Of a stretch of DNA of 64,000 bases, positions 1 through 13,045 are shown piece after piece (position 1 is the stretch's first letter; each line of letters begins with the position of its first letter). The position numbers and the translations under genes are program-made. Under the pieces are notes generated by a model, which did not search any database, was not told the origin of the DNA, and worked only from the letters and a program-made list of their open reading frames with translations. Where the stretch lies: the NCBI GenBank assembly GCA_903866255.1, contig CAIPMW010000029.1:13689-77688 (forward strand), given 5' to 3'. This DNA comes from an uncultured Chlorobiaceae bacterium (GTDB taxonomy: Bacteria; Bacteroidota; Chlorobiia; Chlorobiales; Chlorobiaceae).

Positions 1-1187
1 GAGAAGGTGTTGCGAAGGTTTTTGCGATAGTAGTCAAATCGCTCACGGATTTCATCAAGGTGGTCGCCACCAAGCTTTTCAAGCAGCGCGTTGGCAATAA
101 CCGGGGCCACAACGGCTTCGGCAACAACGCCTGCAGCGGGGACTGCACAGGTGTCGCTTCGTTCAAAGCGAGATGGTGCTGGCTGAAGCGATTCAATGTC
201 GAAGGATTGAAGAGGAGTAATCAGTGAAGAGATTGGTTTCATGGCTGCACGAAGGTGAATGGTCTGCCCGCTTGACATGCTTCCTTCAATCCCTCCAGCA
301 CGGTTGGTTTTTCGGATCACACCCTCAGCGGGGGAGAGGTGAAGCTCATCATGCACCTCAGAACCTGGTTTTCGGGCATTTGCAAAAGCGGTTCCAATTT
401 CCACACCTTTGATGGCCTGAATGGAGAGAATTGCCGAAGCGAGTGCTGCGTCAAGCCTGCGGTCGTGCTGGACGTAACTGCCAAATCCAACAGGGACTCC
501 AGTGATAAAGAGTTCAATGATGCCACCGAGGGTATCACCTCTTTGTTTCGCTTCATCAATTGCTGCAACTGCATCAGTTTCGGTGGCTTTGCTCAGCATT
601 CGTACCGGTGAGAGGTCGGCTTGCGTTGACACAGCCTCTGCACCTTTGCCGAGAAGTTCGGCAAGCAGTCTGTCGGAAGGTGATTCTGTTGCCAATCCAA
701 TGGCAGAGATATAGCTCCCAATCTCAATGCCAAGAGCTTTCAGAAATATTTTCGCAAACGTCCCTGCAGCAACCCTGGCGGCAGTTTCTCGTGCTGATGA
801 ACGCTCAATAACCGGACGGATATCGTCAAAACCGTACTTGATGCGACCGGCAAGATCGGCATGGCCAGGCCTTGGAATGGTGATTTTTGTCATCTCTTCA
901 GCAGGTTGATCAAACTGGGCCATGATGGTTGTCCAGTTTTCCCAGTCACGGTTTTTAATGACAAGGGTAATCGGTGAACCTATGGTTTTGCCAAATCGGA
1001 TGCCGGATAAAACCTCAGCCTTGTCAGTCTCGATGTTCATCCGTCCCCCTCGGCCATATCCCTGCTGACGGCGGGCCAATTGGGTGTTGATATCATCCAG
1101 GGAGATGGTGATGCCAGCAGGCACTCCTTCCACAATCGCTGAAAGTGCCGGCCCATGCGACTCGCCAGCGGTAAAATATCGTATCAT
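1..1187 (-). CDS. aroC: Chorismate synthase (3' end runs off window)
   Basis: Not in ORF track; hand translation from ATG at 1187 gives MIRYFTAGESHGPALSAIVEGVPAG...RRQQGYGRGGRM..., the AroC N-terminal signature; same reading is open at the left edge. Confidence 0.95.
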   Translation of the reverse strand, partial: MIRYFTAGESHGPALSAIVEGVPAGITISLDDINTQLARRQQGYGRGGRMNIETDKAEVLSGIRFGKTIGSPITLVIKNRDWENWTTIMAQFDQPAEEMTKITIPRPGHADLAGRIKYGFDDIRPVIERSSARETAARVAAGTFAKIFLKALGIEIGSYISAIGLATESPSDRLLAELLGKGAEAVSTQADLSPVRMLSKATETDAVAAIDEAKQRGDTLGGIIELFITGVPVGFGSYVQHDRRLDAALASAILSIQAIKGVEIGTAFANARKPGSEVHDELHLSPAEGVIRKTNRAGGIEGSMSSGQTIHLRAAMKPISSLITPLQSFDIESLQPAPSRFERSDTCAVPAAGVVAEAVVAPVIANALLEKLGGDHLDEIRERFDYYRKNLRNTF

Positions 1188-1246
1188 GTTTTTTTAAATG
1201 ACAATGCCCGGCAGCGGGAGGGTGCATGCCGGGCTTGTTACAATGC

Positions 1247-2278
<1,032 letters not shown>

Positions 2279-2316
2279 TCAATGAATATCACGAAGGATT
2301 TCCACACGCCAGCATG

Positions 2317-3468
2317 TTAACGGAGAAATCCCATAATAATGCCTGCGGCTATTGCTGAACCAATCATTCCTGCAACATTCGGCGCCATGGCATGGACGAT
2401 CAGATGATTGTTTGAATCAGCCTTCAGCCCTTCACGCTGGACAACGTGCGCACTTTCGGGCATGGCAGAGACACCTGCCGCCCCTATCAACGGGTTGATT
2501 TTGTTCTCTTGTGAAAGAAAGATGTTCATGAATTTTGCAAAGAGAACACCTCCGGCAGTTGAAATCATAAATGCAACAGCACCGAGGACAAAAATGTACA
2601 TCGACTGAGGTGTCAGAAAGGTGGTTGCCTGCGTTGTAGCACCTACCGTAACACCAAGCATGATAATGACGATGTCATGAAGTCCGTTTTTGGCGGTATC
2701 GGCCAGCCGTTTGGTCACGGTTGATTCTTTAAGCAGATTGCCAAAAAAAAGCATTCCAAGGAGTGACAGTGATGCGGGTGCTATAAAGCCGGTTATAAGA
2801 AGAGCTACAATCGGAAAGAGTACCTTTTCATATTTGCTTACCGCACGCGGAGGGCTCATTTTTATGATTCGCTCCTCTTTTGTCGTTAACAGCCGCATGA
2901 TTGGTGGCTGGATCACCGGTATCAGCGCCATGTAAAAGTAAACGGCAATGATAATGGAGCCCATGAGATGAGGGGCAAGTTTTGAGGCAAGAAAAATGGC
3001 CGTTGGCCCGTTAGCGGCACCAATGATACCGATTGCCGCAGACTCAAGGTTGTTGAAGCCCAAGGTAATGGCTCCGATATAGGTCATAAAAATGCCGAAT
3101 TGAGCGGCAGCGCCAAGCAGAATAAGCCTGGGGTTTGCAATAAGGGTGGAAAAGTCGGTCATGGCGCCGATGCAAAGAAAAATCAGCGATGGAAAAATAC
3201 CTTTGAGCAGGCCCATATAGAAGAAATTCATGATGCTGCCCTCCTCATAGAGCCCGAGTTGCATCCCTGCATGTTCTATAAACGGCGTGTTTCCTATAAG
3301 TATGCCAAACCCTATCGGTATCAACAGCAGCGGTTCATATTCATAGCGGATTGCAAGGTAGATAAAGAGCAATCCCAGCAGGATCATCAAGAGGTGACCC
3401 GGTGTGGCATTGGCAAAACCTGAATTCTCCAGAAATCGTATAATTCCTTCCATAATGGTGTTATTCAA
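2317..3468 (-). CDS. mmdB: Na+-translocating decarboxylase beta subunit (OadB/MmdB family), with variant catalytic motif
   Basis: YEPLLLIPIGFG, IGAMTDF, NPLIG..GVSA, HAM.PNVAG motifs; multi-TM; GAANGPT instead of GGADGPT. Confidence 0.9.
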   Translation of the reverse strand: MNNTIMEGIIRFLENSGFANATPGHLLMILLGLLFIYLAIRYEYEPLLLIPIGFGILIGNTPFIEHAGMQLGLYEEGSIMNFFYMGLLKGIFPSLIFLCIGAMTDFSTLIANPRLILLGAAAQFGIFMTYIGAITLGFNNLESAAIGIIGAANGPTAIFLASKLAPHLMGSIIIAVYFYMALIPVIQPPIMRLLTTKEERIIKMSPPRAVSKYEKVLFPIVALLITGFIAPASLSLLGMLFFGNLLKESTVTKRLADTAKNGLHDIVIIMLGVTVGATTQATTFLTPQSMYIFVLGAVAFMISTAGGVLFAKFMNIFLSQENKINPLIGAAGVSAMPESAHVVQREGLKADSNNHLIVHAMAPNVAGMIGSAIAAGIIMGFLR

Positions 3469-3877
3469 TTTCTATAAGAATATCGCCCTGCATGACCGTA
3501 TCGCCGACGGCAACTCTTACACTTTTTACGATGCCTGGCTTTTCAGCAAAAATATTGTTTTCCATTTTCATTGCTTCAAGTATCAGAACAGGCTTTTCCA
3601 TCTTGATCTGCATACCCGGCTCTACAGAAATCGAAATAATTGTTCCAGGAAGCGGAGCCTTAAGCAAGCTCAGGCCTGGAGTGATGAACACTGGCGCTTT
3701 TGGTGGCGTCGGGGGAGTGTAACGGACAAGTTTCGGGGTTTGCGTTTTTTTGATCTCATGGCCAAGCTTGACCTGGTAGCTGGTGCCGTTTACCTCAATT
3801 TCAGCGACATCCTCATCAAGAGTCTTGATTTCAACATTGTATTTGTTACCACTTATGGTAAATTTATATCGCCTCAT
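3461..3877 (-). CDS. mmdC: Biotin carboxyl carrier protein (gamma subunit)
   Basis: EAMKME biotinylation motif, Pro-rich linker, APLPG. Confidence 0.9.
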   Translation of the reverse strand: MRRYKFTISGNKYNVEIKTLDEDVAEIEVNGTSYQVKLGHEIKKTQTPKLVRYTPPTPPKAPVFITPGLSLLKAPLPGTIISISVEPGMQIKMEKPVLILEAMKMENNIFAEKPGIVKSVRVAVGDTVMQGDILIEIE

Positions 3878-4248
3878 CGTTTAACAGGGTTAAAATTAAT
3901 GACATTGTATATTTTTGAATTCCAGGGAGAGTAGCTTTTCCCCTCTTTCTTTATGGTCAGAATAGCGGTTTCCTGATCGTGCAGCTCTTCGAAGTACATT
4001 GAAATAGCCATGGCAATTGCTGCGCTTACCTCTCCCGGAACCATTTTGCCAGCAAACAGGGTGTCGATTTCATCACCCTCTTTCTGCATTTGTTTTCTCA
4101 GGTTTCGCGTGTGAAGCCTGGGAAGGATGCCAAAAACCAGTGAGAGCAGAAACAGTGCAAAAAAGACAATGACGTAACATGATACAGCAAGCGCCAGATG
4201 TTCCGCGCCGATTGCTGAAAAGTTAATCGGCAAAAATAGTGTGATCAT
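3874..4248 (-). CDS. OadG-family small membrane subunit (delta)
   Basis: Single N-terminal TM, AAIAMAI segment, SPWNSKIY tail typical of Bacteroidota OadG; position between carboxyltransferase and biotin carrier. Confidence 0.8.
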   Translation of the reverse strand: MITLFLPINFSAIGAEHLALAVSCYVIVFFALFLLSLVFGILPRLHTRNLRKQMQKEGDEIDTLFAGKMVPGEVSAAIAMAISMYFEELHDQETAILTIKKEGKSYSPWNSKIYNVINFNPVKR

Positions 4249-4269
4249 TGTTAAATCGACGATTACCGG

Positions 4270-5811
4270 TTAAAGTGGCAGTGTTGAGTGCTTTTTGGGA
4301 GGATTGTTATCTTTTTTGGTCAAGAGCGTCTGAAGTGCGCGGATTATCCTGAAACGGGTGTTGCGTGGTTCGATGATATCGTCGATATATCCGAATTTTG
4401 CTGCTTCATAAGGATTGGCGAATTTTTCACGATACTCCGCTGCATTTTCAGCAACAAACTTTGCCCGTTCTTCCACATCTTCGATGGTATTCAGATTCCT
4501 GTTGAAGAGTACCTCAATGGCGCCTATCGGGCCCATGACAGCAATTTCGGCAGTCGGCCAGGCATAGTTGACATCACCGCGAAGCTGCTTGGAACTCATG
4601 ACGATGTAAGCCCCGCCATAAGCTTTTCGCAGGATAATGGTGATTTTTGGCACCGTAGCTTCAGCATAAGCAAAAATCAGTTTGGCACCGTTGGTGATAA
4701 TGCCGTCAAACTCCTGTGCGCTGCCGGGCAGGAAACCTGGAACATCGACAAGGGTGACAATGGGAATGTTAAAGGCATCGCAGAATCGGACAAACCTGGC
4801 TGCCTTGCACGATGCGTTGATGTCAAGACACCCGGCAAGGTAGTTGGGCTGGTTGGCAACAATACCGGTAGAGATGCCATTAAAGGTGACAAAACCGATA
4901 ACAATGTTTCTTGCATATTGCCGCTGTACTTCGAGGAACTCTCCGTTGTCAGCAATCGAATAGATGATATCCTTCACATCATAAGGTATGGATGGCTTTT
5001 CGGGTATGATGGAGTTCAGCTTGTCGTCAAGTCGGTCGGCCGGATCGTCACATATAGCAAGAGGTGGTTCCTCAAGATTGTTCTGCGGAAGGTAGCTGAG
5101 CAGTTTTTTGATCAGCAGGATTCCTTCAGTTTCATCCGCGCCCACAAAATGGGTGACTCCTGATTTTGTGGCATGTACCGAAGCGCCTCCAAGATCTTCG
5201 TCACTGATGCTCTCTCCGGTGACGGTTTTGACAACTTTCGGACCGGTGACAAACATGTGACTGGTTTTTTCTACCATGACCACGAAATCAGTAAGCGCAG
5301 GAGAGTAGACCGCGCCGCCCGCACATGGCCCGAAAATGGCAGATATCTGGGGAATAACCCCGGATGCCATGACGTTTCTCTGAAAAATACTTGCATAGCC
5401 GGAAAGGCTGCGAACGCCTTCCTGGATTCTTGCACCACCGCTGTCGTTGATTCCTATGAAGGGGGCACCGACTTTCATTGCCTGGTCCATCACCTTGCAG
5501 ATTTTCAGTGCATTGGTCTCTGAAAGTGAACCTCCAAGAACGGTAAAATCTTGAGCGAAAATATAGACAAGACGCCCGTCAATGGTCCCGTGCCCGGTAA
5601 TTACGCCGTCTGAAAGATAGTTTTCCTTGTCGAGGCCAAAATCAGTTGTCCGATGCATGACGAACATGTCATACTCTTCAAAACTCCCTTCATCAAGCAA
5701 CAAGTTGAGGCGTTCACGAGCCGTAAATTTTCCTTTTTTATGTTGTGAATCTATGCGTTTTTGTCCGCCCCCGAGGCGAGCTTTATCGCGTTCCGCAATC
5801 AAGCGTTTCAT
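4270..5811 (-). CDS. mmdA: Acyl-CoA carboxyltransferase (methylmalonyl-CoA decarboxylase alpha / PccB family)
   Basis: [54 protein letters not shown] motifs. Confidence 0.9.
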   Translation of the reverse strand: MKRLIAERDKARLGGGQKRIDSQHKKGKFTARERLNLLLDEGSFEEYDMFVMHRTTDFGLDKENYLSDGVITGHGTIDGRLVYIFAQDFTVLGGSLSETNALKICKVMDQAMKVGAPFIGINDSGGARIQEGVRSLSGYASIFQRNVMASGVIPQISAIFGPCAGGAVYSPALTDFVVMVEKTSHMFVTGPKVVKTVTGESISDEDLGGASVHATKSGVTHFVGADETEGILLIKKLLSYLPQNNLEEPPLAICDDPADRLDDKLNSIIPEKPSIPYDVKDIIYSIADNGEFLEVQRQYARNIVIGFVTFNGISTGIVANQPNYLAGCLDINASCKAARFVRFCDAFNIPIVTLVDVPGFLPGSAQEFDGIITNGAKLIFAYAEATVPKITIILRKAYGGAYIVMSSKQLRGDVNYAWPTAEIAVMGPIGAIEVLFNRNLNTIEDVEERAKFVAENAAEYREKFANPYEAAKFGYIDDIIEPRNTRFRIIRALQTLLTKKDNNPPKKHSTLPL

Positions 5812-6069
5812 TGGGTTTTAGGATATTGATTAACTAACTTGCCGGACAATATTTTCTTGTCTGAACAACTACCCTCTGTCCATACGAGCAGTAAAATTGT
5901 CCCGGTTATGCAGTGGCACCGTGCAGAGAGCTTACCCTCAATCTCTGTATTTATGTATATTGCCCCCGAATATTGGAAAAAAAAGGGAATAACCCTATGC
6001 TGTTGTGAATATTAATAATATTTTATTTTTGTTAATACTTCTGGTGTTCCAAAAGAAAGCGACAAATCC

Positions 6070-6831
6070 ATGACTCCTGAGCTGCAGCATGCTGTTGAAA
6101 TGGCCGAACAGGCTGGAAGGTTGACTCTTTCCTGGTTTTCCAAAAAATCCCTTCAGGTTTTCACAAAAAGAGACTCCTCCCCGGTTACTGAAGCTGATCG
6201 AAATGCTGAGGAGCTTATTCGCAAGGCCATCAAATCACGATATCCTGATGATGGAGTGCTGGGCGAAGAGTTTGAAGAGCATGTTGGTAATAATCGTCGT
6301 CGTTGGATTATTGATCCTATTGACGGGACAAAAGCGTTTATTCATGGTGTGCCTCTCTTCGGAGTGATGATTGCCCTTGAGATTGAGGGAACTCAGCAAC
6401 TTGGTGTTGTATATTTTCCGGCCCTTGGCGAGCTTTATCATGCAGAGCGGGGGTGTGGAGCTTATTGTAATGGCTCTCCGATACAAGTCTCGTCGGTTTC
6501 TGATATCTCCGTTGCAACGGTGCTGTTTACTGAAAAAGAGTATTTGCTCGATTCTTTATCCCTTCATCCGGTGGATATGCTGCGTCATGATGCTGGACTT
6601 GTTCGGGGTTGGGGCGACTGTTACGGACATACCCTTGTTGCCTCAGGTCGTGCAGAGGTTTCGGTTGACAAAATCATGAGTCCCTGGGATTGTGCTGCAC
6701 TCATTCCAATCGTGACCGAAGCGGGTGGCTGCTGTTTTGATTACACTGGAGTGACAACAATATCAGGTCAGGGACTGGTCAGCGCCAACAAGGCGATCGG
6801 CACGGCCCTGCTCGCCACCATAACCCCTTAA
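6070..6831 (+). CDS. hisN: Histidinol-phosphatase, inositol monophosphatase family
   Basis: [35 protein letters not shown] motifs. Confidence 0.85.
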   Translation: MTPELQHAVEMAEQAGRLTLSWFSKKSLQVFTKRDSSPVTEADRNAEELIRKAIKSRYPDDGVLGEEFEEHVGNNRRRWIIDPIDGTKAFIHGVPLFGVMIALEIEGTQQLGVVYFPALGELYHAERGCGAYCNGSPIQVSSVSDISVATVLFTEKEYLLDSLSLHPVDMLRHDAGLVRGWGDCYGHTLVASGRAEVSVDKIMSPWDCAALIPIVTEAGGCCFDYTGVTTISGQGLVSANKAIGTALLATITP

Positions 6832-7604
6832 AGAGGAGAATGATGCAGCAACTGATTACTGATTACTGTCAAAGCCTCCGCTATTGCCCTGGCTAACCCC
6901 GGCGCATCAAATGATTCCGGGATGATATCCACTTGAACTCCAAGCTTTGCAAGAGCCTTGGCGGTTGTGGTGCCTATGGCGGCAACCTTGACACCATCAG
7001 GCAGGGCGGTTGTGCCCATTGCTTCAAAAAAATTGATGGCTGTGGAGGGACTCGTGAACGAGAGACAAGAGAGTGAGCCACTCTCAAGCAGCGCTTTCAC
7101 CCTGGCGGTCTCTTCAAGGGAAGGAGGCAGATTTTCATACACGGTTAGTTCAATACAGATTCCTCCCCGTTTTGTAATCACTGCAGGTATCGTTCCCAAC
7201 GAGAGGCTTCCTCTCAAAAAAAGAAAAGTGCGGCCAGCAATTGTTTCACTTGCAATCTCCTCCATCATGGTGACGGCATCGGAAACTTTGGCAATTGGTT
7301 GGGTTTCAATACCATGCTTCGCCAGATCATTTCCTGTCGTTTTGCCGACAGCCCATACCTTGAGTTGTTGAAGAGTAGTCAGTTGATCGGGTGCTTCAAG
7401 CCGTAACTTTTCCAGAAAGAAGTGGACACTATTGGTGCTGGTAAAGAAAACGCCATCAAATTGTCCAAGGTCGGGCACACACCAGCCCGAAATTGGTCTG
7501 ATCTCGATTGTAGGAAAAACAACCGAGTCCAGACCATAGCCTTCGAGCATACTGACAAAAGAGGCCGACTGATCCCTGGGTCGGGTAACAAGAACAGTTT
7601 TCAT
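6828..7604 (-). CDS. hemD: Uroporphyrinogen-III synthase
   Basis: [29 protein letters not shown]; overlaps hemC. Confidence 0.93.
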   Translation of the reverse strand: MKTVLVTRPRDQSASFVSMLEGYGLDSVVFPTIEIRPISGWCVPDLGQFDGVFFTSTNSVHFFLEKLRLEAPDQLTTLQQLKVWAVGKTTGNDLAKHGIETQPIAKVSDAVTMMEEIASETIAGRTFLFLRGSLSLGTIPAVITKRGGICIELTVYENLPPSLEETARVKALLESGSLSCLSFTSPSTAINFFEAMGTTALPDGVKVAAIGTTTAKALAKLGVQVDIIPESFDAPGLARAIAEALTVISNQLLHHSPL

Positions 7605-8545
7605 CAGCGAGTTTTACGGATCTGCGAAAGAATTGCGTCAGCGCCCTGTTTCAAAAGCTCCTCAGCAAGAGCAATACCAACCTCTTCAGCCTGTTCAGGG
7701 GAGGTGAGCCCGGTCTTTGTGATCTCGTTATGGATACCAACTTTACCATCAACAGAACCGACATAGGCAAGGATCTTGAGCGTGCCATTTTTAAACGAAC
7801 CATAAGCACCGATCGGGATCTGGCATCCACCCTGCAGATGGCGAAGCAATGCGCGCTCTGCACGGCAGCAATATTCTGTTGTAGAGTGGTTGAGAATTCT
7901 CACGATTTCTCTCGTCTGCTCATCATCAACACGGGTCTCAATGCCGAGAGCGCCCTGTCCAACAGCAGGAAGCATAACTTCGTGCGGAAGGATTTCGGAG
8001 ATGCGATCGCTGAAATTCAGACGGAAGACACCAGCATAAGCAAGCATCATTGCATCAAATTCACCATTGTCAAACTTCTGAAAACGGGTATTGAGATTGC
8101 CTCTGATATCACGGATATCAAGGTCAGGGCGAAGGCTCAGCAACTGCGACATACGGCGAAGGCTGCTGGTGGCCATTTTTGCGTTCGGTGGCAAATCTTT
8201 CAGCTTGATGCCATTTTTTGAAATAATGACATCCCTCGTATCCTCACGCTCAGTGAATGAGGTGATGATAAGTCCCTCAGGTGTGCCTGTTGGAACATCT
8301 TTCAGGCTGTGAACTGCCAGGTCAATCTCTTTGGCAATCAGATGTTTTTCAATATCCTTGGTGAAAAGCCCCATATCCCCGATTTTGGAGAGAGGTGAAT
8401 CAAGAAGGACATCACCGGTTGTTTTAACCAGTTTCAGGGTAATATCCAGTTCTGGAAAATGTCTGGAGAGTTCCGCCTTGGTGAATTCTGCCTGCCACAA
8501 TGCGAGCGGGCTGGATCTGGTACCGATGATAAGCTGTTTTTTCAA
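7604..8545 (-). CDS. hemC: Hydroxymethylbilane synthase
   Basis: [45 protein letters not shown]-like [11 protein letters not shown]. Confidence 0.97.
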   Translation of the reverse strand: MKKQLIIGTRSSPLALWQAEFTKAELSRHFPELDITLKLVKTTGDVLLDSPLSKIGDMGLFTKDIEKHLIAKEIDLAVHSLKDVPTGTPEGLIITSFTEREDTRDVIISKNGIKLKDLPPNAKMATSSLRRMSQLLSLRPDLDIRDIRGNLNTRFQKFDNGEFDAMMLAYAGVFRLNFSDRISEILPHEVMLPAVGQGALGIETRVDDEQTREIVRILNHSTTEYCCRAERALLRHLQGGCQIPIGAYGSFKNGTLKILAYVGSVDGKVGIHNEITKTGLTSPEQAEEVGIALAEELLKQGADAILSQIRKTR

Positions 8546-8564
8546 AGCAATTACAGATTTTTAT

Positions 8565-9842
8565 TTAGTATGACTGATTTGGTTCTTCAAGATCGAATAC
8601 GTTTCGCACAAGATTGACTCTGCTCGGTATGGAGTCGGTTGTATCCATTGGAGCCTTGAGCATTTTGATGGGGTGGTGAAGGATTTTTTTCAGGATTCTG
8701 TCTGTCAGGTGCTCCATTCTCTGCAACTCCTCCTCGCTTACTTTGAAGCGGTAGCGTTCGAGCTCCTTTTCCTTGATTTCAATAAACTTTGACTGAAGAT
8801 CGACAATTGTTGGCCGCACCTTCAGGGTATTAATCCACTGACCAAAAGCCACAAGCTCTTCATCAATGATGGCATGGACTTTGGGTAGCTCCTTGCTCCT
8901 TTTTTCAAGATTCTTGTCGATAATATGCTTCAGGGCATCAATATCCTTGAGGAACATGTTCTGAAGTTTGGCAATATCGGGATCAACATTTCTCGGTAGG
9001 CCAAGATCAAGAATAATCACCGGTTTAAGCTTGCGCTTGATCATGCAGCGGTGCATCTCTGGTTCCGAGAGGATGTACTCCTTGGTACTGACTGCGGTGA
9101 TGATGATATCAAATTCGTGGAGATGATCTCTGAACGATTCAAATGGAAGTACCTGATTGGTGCCAAGCTCTTCGGCAAGCGCTTCAGATTTTGAAAGAGT
9201 TCGGTTGGTAATAACAATATTGCGGGCGTTTTTCTGGAAGATATGCTTTGCGGCCAGTTCACCGGTTTCACCTGCGCCGATGAGCAACACCTTTTTCAGT
9301 GAAAGGTTGGAGAAGATCTTCTGGGCCAGTTCAACAGCGGCGTAGCTGACAGAGACAGCCCCCTCCATGATTTTCGTCTTTGTCTTGACCTTTTTTGCGA
9401 CACTGAATGCGGTATGGCAGAGACGGGTGAGCAGAATTCCGGCAGACTGTGTTTCAGCCGCAATGCGATAGGCATTTTTGACCTGACCAAGAATTTGCCC
9501 TTCACCAAGAACGAGAGAGTCAATGGCGCTTGCTACTTCAAAAAGATGACGTGCTGTGCCACAATAAAAGCGGGCAAAAAAGTGTTCCGGTCGAACCTCC
9601 TTGCGGGCATCCTTGAAAGAGATGAGGTACTCCTTGAGATACTCACAGGTGACTTCATGCATTGCAGGCACAACATAGAGTTCCGTGCGGTTGCAAGTTG
9701 AAATCACCATAGCCTCCTGGGCCAGGCCGCCTGAAATCAGGCCGGTGATAAACTCTTTGTTCTGAACTTCAGAAAGGGAGATTCTTTCACGGATTTCAAT
9801 AGGTGCAGTTTTGTGGTTGACACCAACTGAAATGATGTTCAT
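8565..9842 (-). CDS. hemA: Glutamyl-tRNA reductase
   Basis: STCNRTELY (catalytic Cys), [24 protein letters not shown]; likely start MNIISVG at 9842. Confidence 0.97.
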   Translation of the reverse strand: MNIISVGVNHKTAPIEIRERISLSEVQNKEFITGLISGGLAQEAMVISTCNRTELYVVPAMHEVTCEYLKEYLISFKDARKEVRPEHFFARFYCGTARHLFEVASAIDSLVLGEGQILGQVKNAYRIAAETQSAGILLTRLCHTAFSVAKKVKTKTKIMEGAVSVSYAAVELAQKIFSNLSLKKVLLIGAGETGELAAKHIFQKNARNIVITNRTLSKSEALAEELGTNQVLPFESFRDHLHEFDIIITAVSTKEYILSEPEMHRCMIKRKLKPVIILDLGLPRNVDPDIAKLQNMFLKDIDALKHIIDKNLEKRSKELPKVHAIIDEELVAFGQWINTLKVRPTIVDLQSKFIEIKEKELERYRFKVSEEELQRMEHLTDRILKKILHHPIKMLKAPMDTTDSIPSRVNLVRNVFDLEEPNQSY

Positions 9843-9933
9843 GGCAGGGTAGTTTAAATGATCTGGCAACTTTGTTTACTACGATACAGCTCTCAATATA
9901 TTTAAAAGCCTCATATTTTTCAAATATGAGCGT

Positions 9934-10779
9934 CTATTTAGTTAAACCATGAAAGGTTGGTGAAAAGAATGTCATAAAAACAATCAAAACCGTGACAAAG
10001 AGGAAAAGAAAGATAATCAGATAGGCCATGTGCTTGATATCCCATCCAATAATAGGCTTGACGATAATGCCGGTACCATAAAGGAGCCAGATAATGATCA
10101 GCGTCACCAGTTTTGGTTCAAAAAAGGTAATTGCTTCCCCTGAAGCTTTTTGCTCAAAGATGCCGGCAAAAATTGTAATAGTGAGAAAAAGAAATCCCAG
10201 GGAGACTGCGTGCATGGTGAGTTTTTCAAGAACTTCAAGATTCGGCAGTCTCTGGAAAAACAATTCAAACCTGTTCTGCTGAATCTGACGGAACAGGAGC
10301 AGATAAAGTATGCTGTACAGACCGGCAATAGCAATGGCACTGAAACCGAAGACTGTTGCAAGAAGATGTATTCCTATGCCAACTCCGCTGAATGTTGTTC
10401 CTGAGGTCTGTACCTGGGATGTCAGAATTGAAGAGATCAATTGTGCCCCTGCGGCAAAGGAGATTACAAAAAATCCGGTTTTATCGCTCTTTGTGGTAAA
10501 CTCGGTAAAAAGATAGGTGGTGGTGAGGGTAAATCCTACCATGCTCATCAGATTCAACGTTGAATAACTGATTCTGTAGCCTTCAGTAGAGGTAAGAAGA
10601 GCAAGATAAACGATATGGGTCAGCACCGTCAAGATGAGAAAAGGCTGTTTGAATTGTTTTGCTCCCCGATGATCCTTGAAAAAATGGATGCCGTATAGAT
10701 AGGTTGTTGCAATATAAAGTATTGAAAGGAGCTGGTTAAGAAGCAGCAGAGGTGTATTATTGAGTAATATATTGTTCAT
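9934..10779 (-). CDS. Cytochrome c assembly / HemX-like membrane protein (CcsA family)
   Basis: About 8 TM helices, GIHL His, RLPNLEVLE loop; directly upstream of hemA. Confidence 0.75.
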   Translation of the reverse strand: MNNILLNNTPLLLLNQLLSILYIATTYLYGIHFFKDHRGAKQFKQPFLILTVLTHIVYLALLTSTEGYRISYSTLNLMSMVGFTLTTTYLFTEFTTKSDKTGFFVISFAAGAQLISSILTSQVQTSGTTFSGVGIGIHLLATVFGFSAIAIAGLYSILYLLLFRQIQQNRFELFFQRLPNLEVLEKLTMHAVSLGFLFLTITIFAGIFEQKASGEAITFFEPKLVTLIIIWLLYGTGIIVKPIIGWDIKHMAYLIIFLFLFVTVLIVFMTFFSPTFHGLTK

Positions 10780-10888
10780 GGGATAGTATCAGGAGGTCGT
10801 CAGATATTGTGGCCGCATTATATAAAATAAATAATGTATATTCCGGCCATTACGCAGTGCAAATATACTTTATTTACAAGGAAAAAAG

Positions 10889-12715
10889 ATGAGATCCACA
10901 AAGAATATCAGAAATATAGCAATTATCGCTCACGTTGACCATGGAAAAACCACGCTTGTCGATTCAATTTTTCAGAAGACCGGAGCATTCAGGGATAATC
11001 AGCAGGTCAATGTCAGAGTGCTTGACTCCAACCCCCAAGAGAGGGAGCGGGGCATTACCATATTTTCAAAAAACGCAGCAGCAGTCTATAACGATCACAA
11101 GATAAATATTGTTGACACACCGGGTCATGCCGATTTTGGTGGTGAGGTAGAGCGGATCCTTCAGATGGTCGACGGGGTACTCCTTCTCGTTGATGCCTTT
11201 GAAGGGCCTATGCCGCAGACTAAATTTGTGTTGCGCAAAGCTCTTGAGCTGCACCTGAAGCCGATTGTAGTCATCAACAAGATTGACCGTCCTCAGTCTG
11301 ACCCAGTCAAGGTTCACGATCAGGTACTTGACCTTTTTATTGCCCTTGGCGCCGAAGAGCATCAGCTTGATTTTCCCTATATTTTTACATCGGCCAAACA
11401 TGGTGTTGCCAAATACAGCATGGACGACGAAGATGGCGATATGAGTCTGCTTCTGGACATGATTGTCAAGGAGATACCGCCACCGGTCGCTCATGACGAC
11501 GGAGGCTTCCAGATGCTGGTGACGACGCTTGACTACAGCGATTATATTGGCAAGATAGCCATTGGCCGTATCCAGCGCGGCAAGGTCAGCCCCGGCAGTC
11601 AGCTTGCAGTAGTCGGCCCTGATGGCGTTATGGGTAAGGGAACGGTTACAAAAGTTTTTCTTTTTGACAAGCTTCAGAAAATTGAGTCCAAAGAGGCGAC
11701 CTCAGGCGACATTATCGCTATTGCCGGTATTCCTGATGCCACAGTAGGAATGACCCTTGCTTCTGTTGACGACCCTGTATCACTTGCCTCTTTTGACATC
11801 AGCAAGCCGACACTTTCCATGCTCTTTTCGGTGAATGATTCCCCCTTTGCAGGCCTGGAGGGTAAAGAGGTTACAAGCCGTAAAATTCGCGAGCGACTGA
11901 TGAAAGAGAAGATGACCAATGTCGCACTCAACGTCGAAGAGACGGAGAGCCCAGATACCTTCCGTGTTTCAGGAAGGGGGGAGCTTCACCTCTCTGTGCT
12001 TATCGAAACCATGAGACGCGAAGGATATGAGCTTGCCATCGCAAGGCCTGAAGTGATCATGCATGACGACGAGGATGGCAACCTGCTTGAGCCGATTGAG
12101 CATGTCACCATAGATATTCCCGAAGAGTACACCGGCGTGATTATCGAAAAGATGGGACGCAGAAAGGCCGAGATGACCCACATGGGGACGCTTCGTGGCG
12201 GAATGGTAAGGGTTGAATTTGAAATTCCTACAAGAGGTCTTATTGGTTACAATCTTGAGTTTACCACCGATACGAAAGGTGAGGGCATGTTGTCGCACGT
12301 CTTTTATAACTACCAGCCCTTCAAGGGCAAGCTGCCATCGCGTGAGACTGGCGCGCTTGTCGTCTCCGAGGCGGGTATCTGCGTCGCTTATGCGCTGAGC
12401 GCTCTTGAAGATCGAGGCACCTTCTTTGTGTCGCCGAATACCAAGGTTTATGGAGGAATGATTGTTGGCGAATCGACCCGAGGTCTTGATATTACGCTCA
12501 ATGTCTGCAAGACGAAAAAGCTGAGCAACATGCGCTCTTCAGGCACCGATGAGTCGCTTCGTCTCACACCGCCGAAAATCCTCTCACTCGAGCAGGCGCT
12601 TGAATTTATCAATGATGATGAGTTGCTGGAGGTAACACCCCAGAGCATCAGGCTCAGAAAGAAAATCCTTGATGTCAATTTGAGGGCAAAGGCCACCAAA
12701 AAGGCCAACGCATAG
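10889..12715 (+). CDS. typA: Translational GTPase TypA/BipA
   Basis: [40 protein letters not shown]. Confidence 0.98.
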   Translation: MRSTKNIRNIAIIAHVDHGKTTLVDSIFQKTGAFRDNQQVNVRVLDSNPQERERGITIFSKNAAAVYNDHKINIVDTPGHADFGGEVERILQMVDGVLLLVDAFEGPMPQTKFVLRKALELHLKPIVVINKIDRPQSDPVKVHDQVLDLFIALGAEEHQLDFPYIFTSAKHGVAKYSMDDEDGDMSLLLDMIVKEIPPPVAHDDGGFQMLVTTLDYSDYIGKIAIGRIQRGKVSPGSQLAVVGPDGVMGKGTVTKVFLFDKLQKIESKEATSGDIIAIAGIPDATVGMTLASVDDPVSLASFDISKPTLSMLFSVNDSPFAGLEGKEVTSRKIRERLMKEKMTNVALNVEETESPDTFRVSGRGELHLSVLIETMRREGYELAIARPEVIMHDDEDGNLLEPIEHVTIDIPEEYTGVIIEKMGRRKAEMTHMGTLRGGMVRVEFEIPTRGLIGYNLEFTTDTKGEGMLSHVFYNYQPFKGKLPSRETGALVVSEAGICVAYALSALEDRGTFFVSPNTKVYGGMIVGESTRGLDITLNVCKTKKLSNMRSSGTDESLRLTPPKILSLEQALEFINDDELLEVTPQSIRLRKKILDVNLRAKATKKANA

Positions 12716-12733
12716 TTCTCAAAGAAAAGTCGT

Positions 12734-12778
12734 ATCAGTTCTCTCCGGGCGCTCGCAAGCAGCTCCCGGGGGGCTGAT
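12734..12778 (+). terminator. GC-rich imperfect hairpin after typA, probable terminator
   Basis: ATCAG..CCGGG / CCCGGGGGGCTGAT complementarity just after typA stop; U-tract weak. Confidence 0.35.
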
Positions 12779-13045
12779 TTCAAACTCTCGTCATTGAACG
12801 AAAATCTCCTTATTTCTGATCCTTTCTGTTTTCTGCGACAGGTTTGCGTCTGTAGTCCCTTACGTCAATCAAATTTTTTTTTTCGGATTGCTTTTTCATT
12901 GCGTGTTTCTGCGCAATAACGAATTGGTTGAGTATTCCGGGGCAATTGTTTGTGTCTGAAGCTGAAATCCGCTCTATTTTTGATGGGGATTCAACGTAAA
13001 ACGTATACTTTATTCCATAGGCGATTATTAAACTAATGCTGACCT

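Noticed and set aside
224-909. Several short plus-strand ORFs
   Set aside because: Antisense shadows of aroC, which the ORF track missed because it runs off the window
4288-5523. 291-aa and 116-aa plus-strand ORFs
   Set aside because: Antisense to mmdA, no recognisable motifs
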